Assembly (NCBI GenBank): GCA_009392295.1
Contig: VFGW01000020.1
Coordinates: forward strand, 124,160 to 188,159
Direction of reading: 5' to 3'
Length of the DNA: 64,000 nucleotides
From: SAR202 cluster bacterium
GTDB lineage: Bacteria; Chloroflexota; Dehalococcoidia; Lucifugimonadales; GCA-2719675
Shown: piece by piece, positions 57,221-64,000 of the stretch
Position numbering within the stretch: the stretch's first letter is position 1
How the letters are laid out: the number at the start of each line of letters is the position of its first letter
Position numbers and translations under genes: made by a program
Notes under the pieces: generated by a model
The model's database searches: none
What the model was told of the DNA's origin: nothing
What the model saw: the letters and a program-made list of their open reading frames with translations, nothing else

Positions 57221-58129
57221 TTATCTATTAAATAATTTTGAAAAATCTTTATTTTCCCATGCAAACAACACTGGGGCTGCAATAGCCAAAGAACTATAAG
57301 TACCAACTACCACACCAATTAACAACACCCATAAAAATTCCTTGATTGTATCTCCACCAAAAATCATTAAAGCTAACAAGGTAAATAATAGAGTAAAACT
57401 TGTATTGAGTGAACGACCTAAACTTTCTGCTATTGCTGCATTAGCATTATCTCTTAAAGATCTTGCAGGATAAAGATTAATATTTTCTCTTACCCTATCA
57501 AATACAACAATCGTGTCATTAACGCTATAACCAACTACAGTTAATAAAGCAATCAAAAACATTGCATTAACTTCAACATCAAATAAATAGCCCAGCATAG
57601 AAAATGTTCCTATGACAATTAAAGTATCGTGAGTTAAAGCAATAATTGCAGCAAAACCATATTTTACCGGACTAGGCATATGCCTGAAAGCCCACCAAAT
57701 ATATAGAAAAATACCAATTACAGCTGCCAAAACAGCATATATTGCATTCAAAACAGTCTCTGAAGCTACAATGGGCGAAACTAAATCAAATGATAATTCA
57801 TTAATTCCATCTGGCGACAATGATTCTCTTAAAGAAGAGAGTAGGGATTGTTTTTCAGCTAACTGAAGCTCTCCAACCCTGATAAAATAATCACCTTCTT
57901 CTCCAGAAGTCATTTTTTGTACAATAGCACCTTCATGACCTAATTCAGATAATTTTGTCCTGATGTTTCCTTGAGTTACATCATTTGCAAAACTTAACCT
58001 CAAAGTTGAACCACCAGTAAAATCTATCCCAGGTTTAAGACCGGGAGAGATTATTAAAAATATAATTCCAATAAATACAATAATTACTGAAAATGAAAAA
58101 TACCAAATCCTCTTACCTACGAAATCCAA
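57221..58129 (-). CDS. secF: Protein translocase subunit SecF
   Basis: 302 aa. It has GIDFTGG and a 6-TM SecDF C-terminal domain (HDTLIVIG, GYSVNDTIVVFDR). Confidence 0.92.
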   Translation of the reverse strand: MDFVGKRIWYFSFSVIIVFIGIIFLIISPGLKPGIDFTGGSTLRLSFANDVTQGNIRTKLSELGHEGAIVQKMTSGEEGDYFIRVGELQLAEKQSLLSSLRESLSPDGINELSFDLVSPIVASETVLNAIYAVLAAVIGIFLYIWWAFRHMPSPVKYGFAAIIALTHDTLIVIGTFSMLGYLFDVEVNAMFLIALLTVVGYSVNDTIVVFDRVRENINLYPARSLRDNANAAIAESLGRSLNTSFTLLFTLLALMIFGGDTIKEFLWVLLIGVVVGTYSSLAIAAPVLFAWENKDFSKLFNR

Positions 58130-58153
58130 CTATTCCTCCATATCTTAATAATT

Positions 58154-60040
58154 TTATTTTAATAAACCAGATTTTCCAGCTGGAGTATAAAGCCTTAACT
58201 TTGAACCCAAAGAAGTATGTGAAATAATTCTTAATAAGGTTCGACTAACTGTTAGAGCTGAGAACAAACTCACACAAACACCAATAGCTAATGTAACAGC
58301 AAAACCCTTCACTATGGTTGCTCCTAAAGTATCAGCAAACCAATACAATATGACACACGTAATCAAAGTAGAAACATTACCATCTCTAATTGCAGGCCAA
58401 GCACGAGCGAATCCAATATTTATGGAAGTTAATAATGTTCTACCTAACTTTAATTCTTCTTTCATTCTTTCAAATATGAGTATGTTTGCATCAACAGCCA
58501 TACCAATAGATAAGATACCTGCTGCAACACCTGAAAGAGTTAAAGTAACAGGTAATAATTTAAATATAGACAATAACATTACTGCATATAAAATCAATGC
58601 TATAGCTGCGATTATACCCGGAATACGATAATACATAATCATAAACAACAACACTAATAAAATACCAAGCAACCCTGCAGAAGCACTTTTAGATAAAGAA
58701 TCAATACCGAGTGTAGCGTCTATTGCTCTCTCAGTAATTAATTTTATAGGTACTGGCAACCTACCTGATTCCAATAATAAAGAAATATCTCTTACCCTCT
58801 GTACAGTGAAATCATATCCATCAATATAAGCTGATCCACCTAATATTGGTTGTCTAACTATAGGTGAAATTAGCTGTTTACCATCTAAGATTATTGCTAA
58901 TTCATCACTTGTACCAGCAATCTCGGTTGTTAATTCCGCAAATTTTCGGGTACCTTCTTGATTAAACTCAATATTTATAATTGGAGTTCCTACTCCAGCT
59001 TTTTGTCCAGCATATGCACGATCTAAATCATCACCAGTTAAACCTATAGGTTCATCACGCTTACCTACACGCTTTGTGAATGTAATTGAATCCATGGAAT
59101 TTAATTTTTCATAAGCATTTTTATAAGTGTCATAAGAGTCTCTAATATTGATAAAATAAATGTTATTTTCATTTTCTAATTTATAAAAATTTATATTAGC
59201 AGTAATAGGAATTAAACTACCTCCACTTGGAACAAGTGGATTGTAAGTGAGAATCATATTCTCAGTTAAATCTCCTGAAAGTTCAATCTGCAAAGCGTCA
59301 GGATAAAATTTATTACTTCCTACAAGGGGCACCATACTAAATCTTAATTGGTTGACAATATTCTCAAAAACCTGAGCTGAAGGCTCATTGATTTCCAAAG
59401 CTAACACTGGAATTGAAGATGCATTTTCCTGAATAAATTCAGTAACAGATTTTTCATCATCAACAGGTAAGTATAAAACCTGATTTTTTTCTACAGTATT
59501 TAATTTATATGGATTAAATTCACCCTCAATTTGTTCATTTTTAGATAATGTTTCACCTTCTTCAGGCATTTTCAAAGCAGCCAAAGAAAATTTCACAATA
59601 TCAGAACTATCAAAATCATTAATTTCTTCTTGAAAATTAACTTTTCGATGCATAAACATCAACTGAGCAGTTTCACCAATAATTGACTTAGCTCTATCAG
59701 GATCATTAACTCCAGGCAACTGAACTAACAGCCTATTATTACCCAAAAGCTGAATAATTGGTTCACCTAATCCAGAAGAATTTACTCTTCGTTCAATAGT
59801 CATTTTTAAAGACTGCATTTGATCAGCTGTAGGGGGTATACTCTCGCCATTTTCTCGGATATCTGCTTGATATACAAGATGGCTACCTCCCTGTAAATCC
59901 AACCCCAATTCCAAACCTAAAGGAGTGTCTGAATTACCTCGTTGAAAACTAGATAAATTTATCTGCTGAAAACCTAAAACTAAAAATGAAAATGTAGCAA
60001 GCAAAAATATTACTACAATAGATCTAATATTCCTTCGCAA
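58154..60040 (-). CDS. secD: Protein translocase subunit SecD
   Basis: 628 aa. It has GLDLQGGSHLVYQAD, a large periplasmic domain, and a C-terminal 6-TM domain (GMAVDANILIFER). Confidence 0.92.
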   Translation of the reverse strand: MRRNIRSIVVIFLLATFSFLVLGFQQINLSSFQRGNSDTPLGLELGLDLQGGSHLVYQADIRENGESIPPTADQMQSLKMTIERRVNSSGLGEPIIQLLGNNRLLVQLPGVNDPDRAKSIIGETAQLMFMHRKVNFQEEINDFDSSDIVKFSLAALKMPEEGETLSKNEQIEGEFNPYKLNTVEKNQVLYLPVDDEKSVTEFIQENASSIPVLALEINEPSAQVFENIVNQLRFSMVPLVGSNKFYPDALQIELSGDLTENMILTYNPLVPSGGSLIPITANINFYKLENENNIYFINIRDSYDTYKNAYEKLNSMDSITFTKRVGKRDEPIGLTGDDLDRAYAGQKAGVGTPIINIEFNQEGTRKFAELTTEIAGTSDELAIILDGKQLISPIVRQPILGGSAYIDGYDFTVQRVRDISLLLESGRLPVPIKLITERAIDATLGIDSLSKSASAGLLGILLVLLFMIMYYRIPGIIAAIALILYAVMLLSIFKLLPVTLTLSGVAAGILSIGMAVDANILIFERMKEELKLGRTLLTSINIGFARAWPAIRDGNVSTLITCVILYWFADTLGATIVKGFAVTLAIGVCVSLFSALTVSRTLLRIISHTSLGSKLRLYTPAGKSGLLK

Positions 60041-61538
60041 AATCTTCTCCTAAAGAAAGCAATCCTTCGATCAAATCTAAAGCATCTTGTTTAGATTTTA
60101 ACTGTCCTAAAGCATGGCTTTCATTAACTTTTTCTAATAAATCTCCTACTATTTTACCTGATTCTAGCCCAAAAGTACTCATTATTTCATGCCCAGTTAA
60201 TAATGTATTCAAACTGTTTTCCTCTAAAATGATACTCTGATAAGCAATTATATGATTTACATACCTTAATGTATTATTCCAATCGTTTTGTGTAAGTTTT
60301 GGCCCAGCAGCTGCAAGAACGTCAGCTAAATACAAAATTATTATGGGAATATATAAATCACCTAAATCTCTATAGAATCTATATAAAGCTCTGTTGCTAG
60401 GAATATCCTTTTTTGATGATAATTGACCAGGACGCAAATGATTATCAATCAATTTTTTAACAAAATTAATCGACTTTTTAGGCATTCTCAAATCAGTTAA
60501 AATAACATCAGCAATTTTAGCACCAACTTCTGAATGGCCTAAAAAACGTATTCTACCATTAACATCAATTGATCTTGTTGGATATTTGCCAATATCATGC
60601 AAAAGAGCTGTAAGTTTTAAAAGTACAAATTTATTTTGATCATCAGGTTCATCACTTAATCGAAAACTTCTGATCTCATTAATTATACCTTCAATACCAT
60701 TAAAATGCTTACCAATTTTAATATCAGATCCATACAATAATTCATCAACATAACCAACAGATTGAATAGAATGCTCAAAAACATCCCAATAATGTTCTTC
60801 AGGTTGAGATAAATTTTTTAATTTTATAAAATCTTCAAAAATTTTCTCTAGTAAACATAAATCATCAAGTTTACGTAAATACTTTTTAGATTCAATATTT
60901 AACAAAATTTTCATAAACTCATCTCGAACTCTTTCAGATGATACTCTCTTTAACAGCTCTGAATCTTTAATAATTTGATCTTCTGTAGCTTCATCAATAT
61001 TAAAATTCAAATCAGAAGACAACCTTATTGCCCTAATTAACCTGAGTGGATCGTTTAAAAAAACATTTTCATCTAACATTCTGATTTTCTTATTTAATAA
61101 ATCTGAAATTCCATCTGAAAAATCAATTACTTTAAAATCATCATCGCAGGAATTAATTAAATCAAGCGCTATTGCATCAATCGAAAAATCTCGGTTAGAC
61201 AAATCATTCCTTATAGAACCATCCATTTCTTTTATATCCAAATCAATTTTCTTAGGAAAATTTGTATCATCAAGGATATTCTCTATGCCGGCTAATCGAC
61301 ATATGTTACTCCTAGACTTATCCAATACAACAGGAGTACCGTAGCCAAATGTTTGACTTAACTTAGCTGCAAAATCAAATGGATTAACATTCACAACAAT
61401 ATCAATATCTGATATTGTGCGGTTCATCAAAATATCTCTAACAGCTCCACCTACCAAAAAACATTTTATGTCACTGGAATTTGCATATTTTGAAACTATT
61501 TGCACTACTGAAGGTATTTCTGATGCTGGTATATACAT
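60024..61538 (-). CDS. cca: CCA-adding tRNA nucleotidyltransferase / poly(A) polymerase family protein with an HD domain
   Basis: 504 aa. It has LVGGAVRDILMNRTISDIDIVV, RDFSIDA, and an HD region (LLHDIGK). Its 3' end overlaps the secD start by 17 nt. Confidence 0.82.
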   Translation of the reverse strand: MYIPASEIPSVVQIVSKYANSSDIKCFLVGGAVRDILMNRTISDIDIVVNVNPFDFAAKLSQTFGYGTPVVLDKSRSNICRLAGIENILDDTNFPKKIDLDIKEMDGSIRNDLSNRDFSIDAIALDLINSCDDDFKVIDFSDGISDLLNKKIRMLDENVFLNDPLRLIRAIRLSSDLNFNIDEATEDQIIKDSELLKRVSSERVRDEFMKILLNIESKKYLRKLDDLCLLEKIFEDFIKLKNLSQPEEHYWDVFEHSIQSVGYVDELLYGSDIKIGKHFNGIEGIINEIRSFRLSDEPDDQNKFVLLKLTALLHDIGKYPTRSIDVNGRIRFLGHSEVGAKIADVILTDLRMPKKSINFVKKLIDNHLRPGQLSSKKDIPSNRALYRFYRDLGDLYIPIIILYLADVLAAAGPKLTQNDWNNTLRYVNHIIAYQSIILEENSLNTLLTGHEIMSTFGLESGKIVGDLLEKVNESHALGQLKSKQDALDLIEGLLSLGEDFAKEY

Positions 61539-61563
61539 AATTGGTCAAATTTATTCTAAAAAA

Positions 61564-62046
61564 TCATTCTTGTTCAGAAGGATTTTTAATTAGATCTTCA
61601 TGTTTTTTAAGGTGATCAAAATACATTATGCCATTAAGATGATCTGTTTCATGCTCTAAAGCCTGAGCAAGTAGCCCATCTGCATATAATTTTGTATATT
61701 CTAACTTATTATTTAAACCAACTGCTTTCACCCACAATGATCTAAAAACATACCCATGGTACCCGGGAACACTCAAACAACCTTCCACAACCTTTCTATT
61801 GCCATCTCGATCTATAATTTCAGGATTGATAAAAACCCTCGGGTAATTTTCATCAGGCATTTGCAAAACTATAATTCGTAACAATACACCTATTTGATTA
61901 GCAGCTAGTCCAATTCCCTGAGAATCATGTAACGTATTCACCATATCTTCAACAAGTTTCGTTAAAGATTTATCAAAATTAGTTACAGGTTTCGCTTTTT
62001 TACGCAAAAGTCTGTCAGGATATTCAATTATTGGTAAAATTGACAA
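61564..62046 (-). CDS. def: Peptide deformylase
   Basis: 160 aa. It has the three canonical motifs GIGLAANQIG, EGCLSVPG and HETDHLNG. The TTG start has AAGGAG 7 nt upstream. Confidence 0.93.
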   Translation of the reverse strand: MSILPIIEYPDRLLRKKAKPVTNFDKSLTKLVEDMVNTLHDSQGIGLAANQIGVLLRIIVLQMPDENYPRVFINPEIIDRDGNRKVVEGCLSVPGYHGYVFRSLWVKAVGLNNKLEYTKLYADGLLAQALEHETDHLNGIMYFDHLKKHEDLIKNPSEQE

Positions 62047-62205
62047 ACAAATTCTCCTTAGCTACTACTTTATTGTAACAAATTCCAAATTATTTAATAG
62101 TAATTAGCACATAAGATCTAATTACTGTTGACACGCACATATGTTCTATAATATGATATGCCTTCATAATTGTTAAACATAATTATTGATGAATAATCTA
62201 GTAAA

Positions 62206-62260
62206 CCTCTCCTCGATTATACCTCCAAAGCACAAAATTTTTGAAGAAATCGGGGAGGGG
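62206..62260. repeat. GC-rich imperfect inverted repeat (13-nt arms, 29-nt spacer) in the mnmA-def intergenic region
   Basis: The arms are CCTCTCCTCGATT (62206-62218) and AATCGGGGAGGGG (62248-62260). Eleven of 13 positions are Watson-Crick. The other two are T-G, which gives G.U pairs only in a plus-strand RNA. The spacer contains a minus-strand TATAAT (62221-62216). Confidence 0.5.
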
Positions 62261-62297
62261 ACATAATTTATTATCCAAACCTCAAACCGAAATAGCA

Positions 62298-63452
62298 TTA
62301 ACCAATTATTTGATTAACATTTCCATCTACCCTTACAGGTAAATCTTGTTGGTTCTGAAATTGATAAGATAATTCAATAAAACCACCACCAATCAAAACT
62401 TCATCTTGGTAAAATACTACAGCCTGGCCAGGTGTAATAGACCTCTGAGGCTTAAAAAAATTAATTTCAGCATAATCACCTTGCAATATATTTATAACCG
62501 CAGGTTGTGGCTCTGAATTATAGCGAATTTTAACTTCTACTTCAGTACCATTATTAAAATTTAAATTCCCAGAAATGAAATTTACCTTTGAAGCAAAAAG
62601 TTTATCTTTATATAGAAATTCCTCTGGGCCAATAATCACTTCATTTGATTTATGATCTATTGCAATCACATGCATAGGAGAACCAGTGCCTCCATTCAAA
62701 CCTATACCTCTTCTTTGACCAATAGTAAAAAACTGAATCCCAGGGTGAGTACCCAAAGTTTCACCGTCAATAGACTTAAGTAGCCCAGGAGAAGGCTTTT
62801 GTTTTTCAGCAATAAATTTCTTATAATCTCCATCTGGAATAAAACATATTTCCTGACTATCTGGTTTTGTAGCTACTTCTAAATCAAATTGTTCAGCAAA
62901 TTCTCTGATTTGAGATTTATTATACTCACCAACCGGGAACATTAATCTACTTAGTTCTTTTTGTCCCAAATTAAACAAAACATAAGACTGATCTTTTTTA
63001 TGATCAATTGCTTTTAATAATTTAAATTCTTTTCCATCATTAAATATCCTCGCATAATGACCGGTAGCTACAAATTTTGCCTCCAATTTAATGGCTTTAT
63101 TTAACAAGAAGTCAAATTTAAGCCTATCATTACATGCAAGACAGGGATGTGGGGTGCGTCCTATGTCATATTCTTTAATAAAATAATCCACAACGTGTTG
63201 TTGGAATTCATTTTCAAAATTGAATACATAGTGTGGGATGCCAAGAGAATTACAGACCATTCGTGCGTCTTCTATATCATCAACAGAACAGCACTGTTTA
63301 CTAAATTTGCTGGTTTTCTGAGTAGATTTCCATAATCGCATAGTAACACCAATAACATCATAACCAGCTTTATGAAGTAACAATGCTGCAACAGAGGAAT
63401 CAACCCCACCACTCATAGCTACAATTATTCGTTCTTTTTTTTCTTTTTTCAT
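62298..63452 (-). CDS. mnmA: tRNA 2-thiouridine(34) synthase
   Basis: The start is taken at MKKEKKERIIVAMSGGVDSSV (ATG 63452). It has the PP-loop SGGVDSS, plus CLACN, ATGHYAR and GQRRG. Confidence 0.92.
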   Translation of the reverse strand: MKKEKKERIIVAMSGGVDSSVAALLLHKAGYDVIGVTMRLWKSTQKTSKFSKQCCSVDDIEDARMVCNSLGIPHYVFNFENEFQQHVVDYFIKEYDIGRTPHPCLACNDRLKFDFLLNKAIKLEAKFVATGHYARIFNDGKEFKLLKAIDHKKDQSYVLFNLGQKELSRLMFPVGEYNKSQIREFAEQFDLEVATKPDSQEICFIPDGDYKKFIAEKQKPSPGLLKSIDGETLGTHPGIQFFTIGQRRGIGLNGGTGSPMHVIAIDHKSNEVIIGPEEFLYKDKLFASKVNFISGNLNFNNGTEVEVKIRYNSEPQPAVINILQGDYAEINFFKPQRSITPGQAVVFYQDEVLIGGGFIELSYQFQNQQDLPVRVDGNVNQIIG

Positions 63453-63565
63453 ATAGAAAGCGTACCATACGGAGAACAATTTCTTCAATCATTCAACATA
63501 TCATAATTTGTAGTTAATTACGTTAATAATATGATATTATGTAATAGAATTTAGAATTAAGGAGT

Positions 63566-63766
63566 TTGAACTTGAGCTACACTAAAATGGATAGTATTGA
63601 AGCTGATAAAAATTTTAAAACACCTAGCGGCATATCTGTCAAAACAACCGGAAATACTACTTTAATAGATGCCCATGATATGTACGTGCATGAAGTTGAA
63701 ATTACAGAAGGAACTGGCCAAGGAAACGTTTTCTTGCTAAACCTAGACGTTGCTGAAGAAGTTTAA
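63566..63766 (+). CDS. Small hypothetical protein (about 60-66 aa)
   Basis: AAGGAG is at 63559-63564. TTG 63572 (7-nt spacing) or ATG 63587 are more likely starts than the track's TTG 63566. I recognise no family. Confidence 0.4.
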   Translation: MNLSYTKMDSIEADKNFKTPSGISVKTTGNTTLIDAHDMYVHEVEITEGTGQGNVFLLNLDVAEEV

Positions 63767-63775
63767 CAATTAATT

Positions 63776-64000
63776 TTACAAATTAGAAGAAATTTCTATC
63801 CAAGACTTCCTATCTACAGAAACATAAACCATTACATCGCCCGGTAAAAGCTTAATATTCGCGATATCTGAAACAACAACATTATCTCGAATTATTCCTA
63901 AAAGATTTATTCCTAGAGAAATAATATTTTTACTAATTTGACCATATGTAATATCTAAAGATATTCCTTCAGGTATAGTTATCGAAAAAAGATTAGCAGA
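63776..64000 (-). CDS. C-terminal fragment of a TrkA-C (RCK C-terminal) domain protein; the gene continues beyond the right edge
   Basis: My manual translation of the reverse complement gives SANLFSITIPEGISLDITYGQISKNIISLGINLLGIIRDNVVVSDIANIKLLPGDVMVYVSVDRKSWIEISSNL followed by a stop. The pattern (...G..I..L......I..I.R.......P......L..GD.L.V.G-like) fits a TrkA-C domain. Confidence 0.5.
   Translation of the reverse strand, partial: SANLFSITIPEGISLDITYGQISKNIISLGINLLGIIRDNVVVSDIANIKLLPGDVMVYVSVDRKSWIEISSNL

Noticed and set aside
62128-62152. Perfect TTGACA and perfect TATAAT on the plus strand in the mnmA-def spacer
   Set aside because: The two perfect hexamers are only 13 nt apart, which is too short for a functional sigma-70 promoter. 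Only the weaker TTGACA-N18-TATGAT combination is retained as a possibility in the finding.
1-64000. Searched by eye for tRNA/rRNA/tmRNA genes, CRISPR repeats, transposase/integrase/recombinase genes, terminal inverted repeats, phage genes, and known defence or toxin-antitoxin modules
   Set aside because: No spacer is long enough or has tRNA-like conserved elements. There are no regularly spaced direct repeats, and no ORF has recombinase, nuclease-defence or TA-like motifs. A covariance-model scan (tRNAscan-SE, Infernal) and a defence-system HMM scan would be the decisive checks.

Overview
This is an AT-rich bacterial chromosomal window (about one-third G+C by eye, not computed). It is very gene-dense: I call about 60 protein-coding genes, with many 1-17 nt gene overlaps and few gaps over 250 bp.

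I found no rRNA, tRNA, CRISPR array, transposase, integrase or phage gene, and no canonical defence or toxin-antitoxin system.

Housekeeping anchors:
- guaA (5' part only, runs off the left edge), tsaC, rnd, msrA
- a non-classical succinate dehydrogenase/fumarate reductase (sdhA, sdhB and a CCG-domain subunit)
- an LDH-like mdh
- an acyl-CoA carboxyltransferase, a small ORF and a 5S-carboxyltransferase/biotin protein
- folP-folK, glyQS, secD/secF, cca, def and mnmA

Between the anchors sit paralogue-rich blocks of soluble enzymes without recognisable leader peptides:
- three NHL beta-propellers and one SMP-30 propeller
- two PF04909-like amidohydrolases
- two tandem DegT-family aminotransferases
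- a DUF1800/DUF1501 pair with an NHL protein and a GMC oxidoreductase
- a D-aminoacylase / GH20-like / GH-like / flavoprotein block
- a gamma-glutamyltransferase and a class-V aminotransferase

Most unusual items:
1. A MacB-type ABC operon whose HlyD/MacA-like adaptor is 813 aa. It carries a helical insertion of about 490 residues with a Cys-containing middle segment. A Gly/Arg-rich protein with two beta-domains lies downstream.
2. The sdh operon has a CxxCxxCxxxCP motif in SdhB and an HdrB-like subunit in place of a haem-b anchor.
3. Tandem DegT genes show patches of perfect nucleotide identity, and an NHL gene contains a 41-nt perfect intragenic repeat.
4. A 48-aa 4-oxalocrotonate-tautomerase-like ORF is absent from the supplied ORF track.
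5. A GC-rich 13-bp inverted repeat lies in the mnmA-def spacer.

The LDH-like MDH, dimeric GlyRS, a deazaflavin-dependent nitroreductase-like protein and the paralogue-rich oxidoreductases are compatible with a marine Chloroflexota- or Actinomycetota-like organism. That is inference only. All functional calls rest on motif recognition in the supplied translations; no database search was run.
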